Source: Chiloscyllium plagiosum
Lineage: Eukaryota
DNA length: 64,000 nt
Reading direction: 5' to 3'
Assembly (NCBI RefSeq): GCF_004010195.1
Contig: NC_057755.1
Coordinates: forward strand, 3,867,462-3,931,461
Shown here: piece by piece, positions 1-12,289 of the stretch
Layout: the number at the start of each line of letters is the position of its first letter
How positions within the stretch are numbered: the first letter of the stretch is position 1
The notes under the pieces: generated by a model
What the model was told of the DNA's origin: nothing
The model's input: the letters and a program-made list of their open reading frames with translations, nothing else
Database searches by the model: none
Made by a program: the position numbers and the translations under genes

Positions 1-799
1 TCACAGCTGTAACATATTTAAAAAGATCAGTTTTAAATCAGTTATCATGCAGAGCCAAGGAATACTAGGGATTTAAGAGGAAGGTTCTTTCTTAATGATC
101 GGTTTGAGGGCAGATGTATTTCAATTACAAAAGGATGATGTTCCCACGCAATGATAATACATGTTGTTCAAATGTGTTTTCCAAGCAGAGGCAAATGTTT
201 AATGTATAAGCACCGTGAAAAGTGAGGGAAGTGAGACCATTGTAATTCTGGTCAAGTGTGAACCCCAGTCATCTGACTATATGGTGGAGAAAAAGGGATA
301 GATAATGTGAGTTAATTAATACTGTGGACGCACGGAGGTATAGATAACACAAACAAACTGCCACACAGCACCATTGCCTACCCCTGCAACGCTGCATTAA
401 CTCGCCTCAATTATCAACAAAACATACAAGAAGTGCAGTGAATTAACACTGAATACTTTACTTTCAATGTGGATTCCTGCAAGATTTAGGAAATGAATAA
501 TATGCTGTTCATCATTCAGTTTAAAATGTAAAGATGTATGCAACATGTATAAAGGCAGAAAGTAGAGTTAAACTATACGTTGGTCAGAAGCTCGGGCAAA
601 CCCGTCGTGCTCCTTCAGCAAAATAACCTGTCCAGACATCTATCGTCACTTCTGTGTTATAGATGATTTCTTTTGGACAGGTACCTCAATTGAAAGAAGT
701 GGACGTTCAGCTCAGTCCAATCTAGAAACATTTTTGTGACCGTGTAGTTGTAGATGAAAGAAAGTAACAGGGAATGAAACTCATTTACTCAGACATAAA

Positions 800-1265
800 G
801 TACCAAGTGCTTTACAGCTGCTCTGCCCCGGACCGTAAGAAACTACAGAAAGTTGTGAACACAGCCCAGTGCATTACACAAGCCAAACTTCCTGCCATTC
901 ACTCAATCTGCACTTCTTGTTGCCTCAGAACGGCAGCCAACATCATTAAAGACTCATCCCATCCCCGTTTAATCCTCTTCCAAACTTTTCCGTCAGTCTG
1001 AAGATACAAAAGCATAAACATGCATACCAATAGGTTCAAGAATATTTTCTTCTCCGCTGTTATTTGACTTGTGAATGGATCTCTCAATTTTAAAATCTAA
1101 TGCTGATCTTGCTTTTTGTGCACCTTCGTTGCAGCTGTACCTTTATATTCCTCGCTCTGTACAATCACCTGATGATCTTCGTGTCTTTGCATGTTAAAAT
1201 CTGCTGTACTACAAGCAAACAAATGATTTTCACAGTGCACAGGTAGATATGACAATAATAATAAA
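800..1265 (+). mobile_element. Rex1/Babar-type LINE 3-prime fragment (second copy at ~61640-62105)
   Basis: DRKKLQKVVNTAQCITQAKLPAIHSICTSCCLRTAANIIKDSSHP...LFQTFPS matches the typical Rex-Babar C-terminus. Confidence 0.7.
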
Positions 1266-1899
1266 ACAAATCAAACCAAATCAAATCAAAGGTAAAGGGA
1301 GAAAGTTAAATGACAGAGATATTGGAAGCGGTCGAACATCACAGCCAGACGAATAACTTGTGAAGACAGAGACGTGTTGTGTTTTTGACAGAGCTGTAAA
1401 CGTTGAAATGCCAGAGGATGGCATGTTCAATGTTGAGGGTGTTGCTGAAATATGAAAAGTGCATCACTGGGAAAGTTGCTAAGGTGGCACTGATGCCTTC
1501 ACAAAGAAAAGTATCCTGAGAAGAAACAACAGTTAGGGCAATTACAGTCAGGGTCACTTTGGAATCAGTGCCTCTGGAGAAATGTTGGTTAAAAAGACGA
1601 TGGACTATATAGGAGTAGGAGAAGTCATAAAGACAGAGAGGTTTATAACGCAGAAAAAGAAATGCACTTTGGCCTGTAGAGTCTATGCTGGTCAAATGCA
1701 ATTGCCTAACAATTCTCATGTGGTTTTCCAGCATTAGGTCCATAACCCTGCCATTACAACTGCACACATAAATAGTTCTGTTATCAGGGTATCCGCCTCT
1801 ACTGCCCTTTCAAGTAGCCATCCAGGGAGCCAAACTCTGGCTACCTGCAGCCTTGAGGAAGAATGCCTCATCTTCCGCCTTGGGACCCCCCCCCCCCCC

Positions 1900-2221
1900 N
1901 NNNNNNNNNNNNNNNNNNNNNNNNNNNNNNNNNNNNNNNNNNNNNNNNNNNNNNNNNNNNNNNNNNNNNNNNNNNNNNNNNNNNNNNNNNNNNNNNNNNN
2001 NNNNNNNNNNNNNNNNNNNNNNNNNNNNNNNNNNNNNNNNNNNNNNNNNNNNNNNNNNNNNNNNNNNNNNNNNNNNNNNNNNNNNNNNNNNNNNNNNNNN
2101 NNNNNNNNNNNNNNNNNNNNNNNNNNNNNNNNNNNNNNNNNNNNNNNNNNNNNNNNNNNNNNNNNNNNNNNNNNNNNNNNNNNNNNNNNNNNNNNNNNNN
2201 NNNNNNNNNNNNNNNNNNNNN
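1900..2221. other. Assembly gap
   Basis: Run of N. Confidence 1.
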
Positions 2222-2894
2222 CACAATACGCTAGCTGTGGCGTGGCCAATATTTTATACAGTTGCAGCATATTTTCCTTGCACTTCATCTCTATTAAAAG
2301 AACAAAAAATGTTCCTTATTCCTTTTGAACCATATTATCGACCTGTCATGCTGCCATAAGGTGTTCATGTGCAGCAAGGTCCCTTTGATTTTCAGTGTGT
2401 CTCAGGCTCATAACATTCTTCATGTTTTTCCCTTGCCTTGTATTTCCTTCCCATGTGCATCAGCTCACAAATCCTCATACTGAATTGAATTTGCCACCGA
2501 CCAGCCCATATCACCATCCTATTTACACCATCCCATAATCGAGGGCTATCCTCTTCACTCTTCAGCACTTCATCAATTTTTATACTGTCAGTGAACTTAT
2601 CCTGTATATTCCCCAGTATGTTGGTTTCCCGGTAGATGTGAATACCACCGTTCATCTTTAGTGGAACATGTGGGCCCTGTAATCTTTCTATTTCCTTCTT
2701 GAATGCATCCCACTCCTCTAACATGGATTCCCCTAAAAGTGTCTGCTCTCTGTCCAATCGCACACAATCTTATTAAAATTTGGGATTGCTCCAGTTTAGA
2801 GCTTTGATTTCTTGTCCTCGTCTTTTTCCATATTAATCTTGAGTTATTGTCATTGTCTGCAAAATTATTCCCCACTGAATTGCCATGTAGGAGA

Positions 2895-3720
2895 AAGACG
2901 AATTCAGATGTTGGAGATCAGAGTAGAGAGTGTGGTGATGGGAAAGCACAGCAGGTCAGGCAGGATTCTCGTCAGATCAACATCCCTCACTCCCAGGACC
3001 TTCTACCACCACCACAGGAAGTGCAAAAACTGCGCCCACCGGCCACCCCCTCACATCAATCCAAAGCCCCAAAGGGTCCTTCCACATCCAACAGACGTTT
3101 ACCTGTACCTCCACAAATGTCATCGACTGCATCCATAGCACCCGATGTGGTCTCCTCTATATCAGGAGACTGGATGCCAACTTGCGAAGCTTTTCAGAAA
3201 ACATCTCTGGTACACTCACACCAACCAGGTCAACTGCTCCATGGCTGAACACTTCAACTCCCCCTCCCACTCCAGCAAGAAAATGCAGGTCCTTGGCATT
3301 CTCCATCGCTAAACACAAACCATGCACTGCCTAGAGGATGAAAGCCTCATCTTCGGTCTTGGGACCCTGAATCCACACGGGATTAATGTGGATTTCACCA
3401 GTTTCCTCATTCCCCCTCCCTCCACCTTATCCCAGTCCCAAGCCTCCAACTGAGCACCGCCCCCTTGACCTATTCATCTTCCTTCCCATCGATCCGCTTC
3501 ACCCTCTTCTCTGACCTATCAGCCACTCCTCACCTTCATTTACCGAGCACATTCCCAGCTACCTTGCCCATAGCCCCACACACACCCGTTTTTGTCTAAC
3601 CCCCCATCCCCACGGCCTACAAGCCTCATTCCAGAAGAAGGGCATATGCCTGAAACGTTGATTCTCCTACACCTCAGATGCTGCTTAGCCTTCTGTGCTT
3701 TTCCAGCAGCACATTCTTCC
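2895..3720 (+). mobile_element. Penelope-like element fragment (GIY-YIG end plus terminal repeat)
   Basis: CKNCAH motif, VAEHFNSPSH-like segment and terminal ...gaagaagggcatatgcctgaaacg; inverted terminal fragment at the start. Confidence 0.7.
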
Positions 3721-4369
3721 CATTGAAATGTCAGCCCCTTACCCACCTTCCTTCCATAAAAATCGGGCCAGGAATGTCATCAAAGTGGGTGAAAGTACTA
3801 AAAACCAGTCTGGGATTGGCCAGACGAAGCTATACACAGTATGTTGTGGTAAAGAGAGAAGGAATGCAACCTCCAGTTTATCCAGCAGACAGCAAGAGAG
3901 GGATAAAGTGTTAAAACAGCTGTAAAATGCTCCAGACCCAGGGGTGAAACAGGAAGATCTGGGCCAAGTGTTGGATGATAGGGTGGGGGAGGAATTCCAA
4001 TGGTAATCGTGAACACGTGGAGTCTAATGAATCAAAACTGTGGAAAGCTGTGGGAAATCATGAAGGGACATTTGACAGTGAATGATTTGTTGCTGACAGT
4101 AAGAATAGGTCATATTCACTGTGGGTTTAAATAATGCTCATGTTCATTCCATATTTCAGAGATGTGTATTTCAGAGATAGCCACTGTCAGGTAGGAAAAT
4201 AAGCTTCAGTGTGCAGCTCCGGACTAATTCAGAAGCAAACAACATGCATTATGGGACAGGAGAAGCGGAATGAAGGAGATCATGAAAAATCCAATGTTTG
4301 AGGAGTCAGAGAGAACTGATTATCAATTCTTAACTGATTGGATCCTGCATTTTGAAATTCAAAATTCAA

Positions 4370-6143
4370 AGCGGGTAACTATAGAAAGGATTGGTCCACG
4401 AAAAGATAATGAAGGAAGGCTGTGTGCCAAATCTGAGAGAATGGGTGAGATTCTGAATAAAAACTTTGCATCAGTGTTCACTGAGGAGAGGAACATAATG
4501 AATCTTGAGATTAGAGATACAAGTTTAATTAGTCTGGATCACGTTGGCATAGTAGAGAAGATGTATTGGGTGTGCAAGAGGTTATCAAGGTGGACAAATC
4601 CCCAGGACCGGATGGGATCTATCCCAGGTTGCTGAGGGAGGTGAGAGAGGAAATAGCTGGGTCCCTGACAGATATCTTCATGGCAACTTTAAATACAGGT
4701 GAGATGCTGGAGGACTGGAAGGTTGCTCATGTTGTCTCCGTGTACATGAAGGGAAGAAGGGATATTCCAAGTAACAACAGATCCGTGAGCCTGACATCGG
4801 TGGTGGGGAAATTGCTGGAGTTGGTACTGAGAGATAGGATATTTTCATATTTGGAAAGGAATGAGCTTATCCGTGATGTGCAACATAGTTTTGTGCGGGG
4901 GAGATTGTGCCTTACCAACTTGATATAGTTCTTCTCGGAAGTGACCAAGTTGTTAGATGAAGGAAGGGCTGTGGATGTTGCATACATGGACTTTAGTAAA
5001 GCGTTTGATAAGGTTCCCCATTGCAGACTAATGGAGAAAGTGAAGTTACGTGGTGCGCAGGGTGTTCTAGCTAGGTGGATAACGAACTGCTTGAGCAACA
5101 GGAGACAGTGAGTAGTGGTTGAATTCGAAATGGAGAAAGGCGACCAGTGGTGTTCCACAGGGATCAGCATTAGGGAGACTGTTGTTTGTAATATACATAA
5201 ATGATCTAGAAGAGGCTATTGTTGGAATGATCAGCAAGTTTTCAGATGACACAAAGATTGGTGGAGTGGCAGAAAGCATCATGGAATGTCAGAGAATAAA
5301 GGACAATACACGTAGACTGGAAGGTTAGGCGGAAAAATGGCAGATGGCTTTAAATCTAGACAAATGTGAGGTGATGCATTTCGGAAGTCTAATTCTAGAG
5401 CGAATTATACAATGAATGGAAGAGCCTTGGGAAAAATTAATGGGCAGAGAGATCTGGGAGATGCATTGTAACCTGACGGTTGCTGCACAGGAGGATAGAG
5501 TGGTCAAGAAGGCATATAGTATGCTTGCCTTCATCGGACGGGGTATTGAGTATAAAATTGTACAAGACATTGGTTCGGCCGCATTTGGAGGACCATGTAC
5601 AGTTCTGGGCGCCACACTACCAAAAGGATATGGACGCTTTGGAAAGGGTACAGAGAAGGTGTACGAGGATGTTGCCTGGCATGGAAGGTGATAACTATGA
5701 AGAGAAGTTGAATAGGTTAGGTTTATTTTCACTAGAAAAGAGGAGATTGGGGTGGGGGGGGGACCTGATTGAGGGTTACAAAATCATGAAGGGTATAAAC
5801 AGGGTGGATAGAGACAAGCTTTTTCCCAGGGTGAAGGATCCAATACCAAGAGGTCATGCTTTCAAAGTGAGAGGTGGAAAGTTCAGGGGTGATACGCGTG
5901 GTAAGTACTTCACACAGAGGGTGGTGTGCGTTTGGAATGCGTTGACAGTGGAGGTGGTAGAGGCAGGCACGGTAGATTCGTTTAAGATGCGTCTGCCCAG
6001 ATGAATGAGTAGGTGAGGAGCAGAGGGATACAGATGCTTTAGGAATTGACCGACAGGTTCAGTCAGATCATTTGGATCGGCTCAGGCTTGGAGGGCCGAA
6101 TGGCCTGTTCCTGGGCTGCAAATTTTCTTTGTTCTTTGTTCTA
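4370..6143 (+). mobile_element. CR1 LINE, 5-prime truncated ORF2 and 3-prime tail
   Basis: KSPGPDGIYPRLLRE, DFSKAFDKVPH, SGVPQGS, FSDDTK, RGHAFK motifs; ends in ttgttctttgttct. Confidence 0.95.
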
Positions 6144-7142
6144 TCAGCCAACAGCAGATTAGAACTGCAGATTACCACTTTCTGTCAAGACAGGTATGGA
6201 GCAAGCTGCCAGAGAATGTAACGGAGGTGGTTAAAATTAGAACAATTCAAAGGTGTGGGTAAATGAAAAGGAAGGATTTAGGGGGTTTGGGCCAAATGCT
6301 GGCAAATGGGACAAAACTAACTAAGATATCTGATCTGCATGAACAAGTGGGCAAATGGGATTTTTCTGTGCTGTATGATTCAATATGAAGAAAATGATTC
6401 CTCAAATCTTCATCCTTCCCAAAAATGAAAAGTTTCACATGTACACCTCAATAGTTATCCACGCTGACAACGGGATACTTAATATTCAACAGTCAAAGCA
6501 AACAGAACCTGACACCCACACTGTATAAAGGAGATTAATCAGTTCTAAACCTTTCTTTGTAGTGTTACCTAAAGTAGGAAGGAATAAATGTGCTGCTATC
6601 AATACAAATACACAAAAATAAATATTCGCAGGAATGTAATAATACTGGGTTTGCAAGATCCACTGCTTTGAGTGACCAAAATCCATTGCAGTTCTATAAC
6701 TGCTGACATTCAAATCATGCATTCCTAGAAAGTAACCTCTAGTTCTGAGGTTTGATTCAGGAGTTCATAGCATTTGACTAAGTGCAATGATGTTGTAAAC
6801 CTGCTAAATCAGTTGAGGCAATGAAACAACACTATAAGAATTTTTACAATATATAATTTAACTGGATGATATTGCAACTTGTCATAGGTCTAACACTGCG
6901 CACTATATCAGAATGCAAATTTCTTAATTAACAAGGAGAAAGAGAGGATATATCATCTACAATTGTAAATCTTTGTGGACAGTTACCAGAAACACCATTG
7001 ATGGCAAGGAGCATGTTGGAAACTTTCCTGGCATATTTAATTGGCAGTTGCATTTTTAGAGAGGATTGGTAAGTCTTTGTTGTTGCACGTGATATGCAAA
7101 CACTAAATTCTGAGGTATTGCATTCTGTGGCTTTTTCCAGAC

Positions 7143-7480
7143 TGGCATAGTGTCTCAGTGGTTGGCACTACTGCATCATTGCGCTCAGGACCTGAGTTTG
7201 ATTCCTGCCTTGGGCGACAGTCCGTGTGGAATTTGCGCTTTCTCCCTGTGTCTGCGTGGGTTTCCAACAGGTGCTCCGGTGTTCGGCCACAATATAAAGG
7301 TTTGCAGGTTAGGTGAATTGGCCATGCTAAATTGTCCATAGTGTTCAGGGATGTGAAGGTTAGATGCATTAGTCAGGGGTAAACATAGGGTAGGGGGTAT
7401 CGGTCTGGGCAGATTACTCTTCAGAGGGTCGTTGTGAACTTTTTGGGCCTGTATCCACGTTGTAGGTATTCTATTCCGAG
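7143..7480 (+). mobile_element. tRNA-derived SINE (HE1/V-SINE-like)
   Basis: tRNA-like head with A/B boxes, core tgtggaatttgcgctttctccctgtgtctgcgtgggtttcc...gctaaattgtcc, and CR1-like tail. Further copies at ~26245-26475 and ~51145-51430. Confidence 0.8.
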
Positions 7481-8574
7481 ATCCTTATGTTCTGTCCGAT
7501 ATCCGCGGGGAGATTGATGTCGCAACTATAATGATGACAATTTTATAATTCTGAGTTTGGAGAAGATACTTGTCACAGAAATTAAACTGTGGCTGGATAC
7601 GTCTGACCTCATTGAGCTTTGTTAATTGTTGTGGGTCACATAACTTGGAGGACGTGTGGACCGTGTCTCAATAGAAAAACTTAAATCCCACTACTTTACG
7701 AACAAAGAGGCAGTTTGTTGTTTTAATTAAGCTGCCCTTAGATAAATATATTGTATTGCTTTCCAGTCTATAATTAACATTGTTTGCTGCATCAACTATG
7801 CTTTCCTGACCTTTAATGCACCGCTTAAATCTAAGTTTGCTTTATAATTAGTGTTTGATTTTTGTCCAGCAACGTGGTGCTGAGAGAATATACTTCACAT
7901 TGCTTCAGTGATTTCAGTAGTCACAATTTATGGTAAGACTCTCTAACAGTAGCGAACCTTCTCTAGAATAGGCCATTATTACCCATGTAGCAAATAATTT
8001 ACATTACCCTGGATTACTTGCAGCAATGCAATTGAACTTTCATTGTACCATGTCCCTACCCTAACTCTGCAGGAGAAATTCTTGTCACCTCATTGTCACA
8101 CTTCTGTCGTGGCATTAATTTGATTATGTCAGTTACTGATTCAATCGCATTCTGGCATAACATAGTGCAAAGCCAGACTCGGACGGTTCATTTTACATCC
8201 TCAGAAAATATGTGTTCTTTTAAACTTTAAAAATCATCTTATTCTTCCATTTGCTCTTTTGACAATAACCTGAGTGTCCGTTTGTTTTCCAGCTCTTTGA
8301 GAGTCGGGTACTTTTAAATCCATTTTCTCTGGTCAGATGACCCACAATTGTGAGGACACCTATTTTAAAAAAAAAACACTTGCAACCGAAACAGAAATGC
8401 CAAGCTTCTCAAATCTATCACCAGAGCTGATATCCCCGTACCAAGAGTCATTCTTCATAATATGTGCAGCACCTGTACAATATTCACACGTAGTTTGGAA
8501 AGTTTGGAGTTCAGATCTAGACGTGACACAATAAATCCTGCAAACTCCTTTGTGACTTGGATGTCATTGCCGAG

Positions 8575-9400
8575 GGGATGGTGAGTACATTTACAAATGA
8601 CCCCAATATTGGAGGTGTACTGGACAACGAATAAGATTGCTTTAGAGTCCAATGCACCTTGATCAGATGGGCCAATGGGCTGAGAAGTGGCAGATGGGGT
8701 TCAATTCAGATAGATGTGAGATGTTCCATTTTTTTATAGCAAACCAGGGTAGGACCTACACATTTAATGGTAAGGTCCTGGGAAGTGATACCAAACAAAG
8801 AGATCTTGGAGTGCAGATTCACAGTTCCTTGAAAGACTGATCGCAGATAAACGGGACTGTGAAGAAGGCATTTGGCATGCTTGCTTTTATTGGTCATTGC
8901 TTTGCGTATAAGAATTGGAATGCCAAGTTGCGGCTGTAAACGACATTGGTTAGTCCACTTTCGGAATACTACGTTTAATTCTGGTCTCCCTTCGAGAGGA
9001 AAGATATTATGAAACTTGAAAGGGTTCAGAAAGGATTTATAAGAATGTTACCAGGGCTGGAGAGTTCGATCTATACGGAGAGGCTGAGTCAGTTGAAGGT
9101 GATTTTATCTGGAACATCGGAGGCCAAGGGGAAGACTTGTAGAGATTTATAAAAGCATTAGGGATGTGGATAGGGTGAAGAGCCTAGGTTTCGTTCCCAA
9201 GATTGAGACGTCCAAAACTAGAGGGCACAGCTTTAAGGCGAGAGGGGAAAGATTTAAAAGGAAACTGAGCGGCAAGTTATTCACCCAGAGAGTGGTGCGT
9301 GGACGGAACAAGCTGCCAGAGGAAGTGGAGGAGGTAGGTACATTGCACTATTGAAGAGGCTTCTGAATGGGTGCACTACTGGGGATTGTTTTGTGGGATA
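8575..9400 (+). mobile_element. Decayed CR1 LINE 3-prime fragment
   Basis: WAEKWQMGFN, QRDLGVQIHSSLK, TRGHSFK, FTQRVV. Confidence 0.9.
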
Positions 9401-10087
9401 TAGCATGGATACAGGACCTTTGGCCCAAATTGCCGCATGCTGACCATGTGCTCCTTCCAATTGCTTGCATTTTTTCTATATCCTTCTAAACCCTTCCCAT
9501 CCATGTACCTTTTGAAATGAAGTTTAAATGTTGTTATTATACCTCCCTCAACCAGTTCCTCTGGCAACTCATTCCATTCACTCTCTGCGTGAAGAAATTG
9601 CCCCTCAGATCCTTCCTAAATCTTTCCCTTCTCAACTTCAACCCCCCTCAGATCCTTCCTAAATCTTTCCCTTCTCAACTTCAACCTATGCTCTCCAGTT
9701 TTTAATTCCCTATCCCCTTGGAATAAGGTTAAAAAACATTCCATCTGTGTCTTCCCTGCATGATTTTATGCACATCAATAGGGACACCCCTCATTCTCCT
9801 CAATCCAAGGAATAAAGTCCTCTCCTGGTCAACCTCTCCCTATAACTCAGGTCGATTAATTCTGGTAACATCTTGGCAAATCTTTCCAGGATTATTTGCG
9901 TCTTTCCTGCAACAGGGTGACCAAAACTGAACACAATATTCCAAGTGCAATATCGCCAATGACTTATACAGCTGTAACATAATATCCCAACTCCTATAAA
10001 CGTTGTTTTGAACGATATAAGACAGCATGCTAGATGTCTTCTTCACCATCCTGTCTACCTATGGCCCCACATTCCAAGGACTATGTA

Positions 10088-11690
10088 CATAGAACATAGA
10101 ACATAGAAGAATACAGCGGAGTACAGGCCCTTTGGCCCTCGATGTTGCGGTGATCCAAGCCCACCTAACTTACACTAGCCCACTATCCTCCATATGCCTA
10201 TCCAATGCCCGCTTAAATGCCCATAAAGAGAGAGAGTCCACCACTGCTACTGGCAGGGCATTCCATGAACTCACGACTCTCTGAGTAAAGAACCTACCCC
10301 TAACATCTGTCCTATACCTACCACCCCTTAATTTAAAGCTATGCCCCCTCGTAATAGCTGACTCCAAATGTGGAAAAAGGTCAACCCTATCTAACCCCCT
10401 AATCATCTTGTACACCTCTATCAAGTCACCCCTAAACCTTCTTTTCTCCAATGAAAACAACTCCAAATGCCTCAGCCTTTCCTCATACGATCTTCCTACC
10501 ATAGCAGGCAACATCCTGGAAAACCTCCTCTGCACCCGTTCCAGTGCCTCCACATCTTTCCTATCGTATGGCGAACAAAACTGCACACAATACTCCAGAT
10601 GCGGCCGCATCAGAGTCTTATACAACTGCAACATGATCTCAAGACTCCGGAACTCAATTCCTCTACCAATAAAAGCCGGTACGCCATATGCCTTCTTCAC
10701 CGCACTATTTACCTGGGTGGCAACTTTCAAAGATCGGTGTATGTGGACACCAAGATCCCTCTGCTCATCCACACTACCAAGTATCCGACCATTAGCCCAG
10801 TACCCCATCTTTTTGTTACTCTTACCAAAGTGAATCAACTCACACTTAGTTACATTGAACTCCATTTGCCACCTTTCTGCCCAGTTCTGCAACTTATCTA
10901 TATCCCGCTGTAACCTGCCACATCCTCCGACTTTCGTATCATCCGCAAACTTTCTCACCCAACCTTCTAACCCGTCCTCCACGTCATTTATAAAAATGAC
11001 AAACAGCAATGGTCCCAAAACAGATCCTTGCGGAACACCGCTAGTAACGGCACTCCAAGATGAACCTTTACCATCAACTACTACCCACTGTCTTCTTCCA
11101 GGCAGCCAATTTCTAATCCAAACCTCCAACTCACCCTCAATGCTACACCTCCGTATTTTATGAAGTAGCCTACCATGGGAAACCTTATCAAACGCCTTAC
11201 TAAAAGCCATATACACTACATCTACTGCTTTCCCCTCGTCCACCTCCTTAGTCATCTTCTCAAAGAATTCAATAAGGTTTGTGAGGCACGACCTGTCCTT
11301 CACAAAACTATGCTGACTATCCTTGATCACATTATTCCTATCCAGGTGTTCATAAATCCTATCCCTTACAATTCTCTCTCAGACTTTGCCCACAACAGAA
11401 GTGAGACTCACCAGCCTATAGTTTCTAGGGTTATGCCTACTCCCCTTCTTAAACAAGGGAACCACATTTGCGAGCCTCCAGTCTTCTGGCACTACTCCTG
11501 TAGACAACGAGGACATAAAAAGCAAGGCCAATGGCTCTGCAATCTCCTCCCTTGCTTCCCAGAGAATCCTAGGATAAATGCCATCAGGCCCAGGGGACTT
11601 ATCTATTTTCACCCTTTCCCGAATTTCCAACACCTCTTTCCAACATACCTCAAAGCCATTCATTCTACTTAATTGTGACTCAGTATTCAC
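10088..11690 (-). mobile_element. Relatively young CR1 LINE nested in an older CR1 (~9400-10087 plus ~11695-12190)
   Basis: 386-aa open RT segment with GVPQGSVLGP and FADDTK; (TTCTATG)n tail at 10088-10107. The older minus-strand element resumes in register on both sides. Confidence 0.93.
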
Positions 11691-12215
11691 AATTGTAATT
11701 GTACTGCTGGGTCCCTCTGTTCCACAACACTGTTCAGGACCTTAGCATTTACAGTGTAAGTTCTACCTTGGATTGACTTTCTAAAGTGCAACACCTCACA
11801 TTTATCTGAATTGCATTGTGTTTGCCAATCGTCAGCCCACATCCCTGCAATCTTTGACAATCTTCCTCGCTATCAATGATACCTCCTAATTTTGTATCAT
11901 CTGCAAACCTACTCATCATGCTGATCATTTATACAAGTAACAAATGCCGAAGGTCCCAGCACCAAACCCTGTGGCTCACCACTAGCACCAGGGCACCTGT
12001 CCGAGACACGACCTTCAACAATTACCCTCTACATGATAACATTGAGTCAATTATGAATCCAGTTTGCCATCTCTCCCTGTATACCATATGACCTAACATT
12101 CAGGACTAGCCTGTCATGTGGGATCTTGTCAAATACCTTAGTAAACTCGAAATAGACAACATTCACTGCCCTATCCTCATCAATCCTCTTGGTGGTCAAT
12201 TTAAAATTGCAACCA

Positions 12216-12289
12216 TGCAATGGCCAGTAATTGAACCCGGGTTAACTACTTGGAAAGCAGCTACGTTCAAAACACTATATTAACATTGC
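12216..12289 (-). pseudogene. tRNA-Gly(TCC) pseudogene
   Basis: Minus strand gcaatgttaatatagtgttttgaacgtagctgctttccaagtagttaacccgggttcaattactggccattgca aligns end to end with the vertebrate tRNA-Gly-TCC consensus (TTCCAA anticodon loop, GGTTCaATT T-loop), with a damaged A box and stems. Confidence 0.75.

Larger units (their letters stand above)
1..2834 (+). repeat. Segmental duplication copy A (paralogous to 60846-64000)
   Basis: Colinear high-identity match (roughly 90-95 percent by eye) covering unique sequence and junctions of Rex, Penelope and CR1 fragments. Confidence 0.95.

Noticed and set aside
1734..2359. Long ORFs containing X runs (also at 18188-18839 and 24725-25180)
   Set aside because: Artefacts of reading through N gaps and microsatellites.
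9601..9686. Two-copy ~43-bp direct repeat
   Set aside because: Simple slippage duplication inside a CR1 fragment; not an array or CRISPR.
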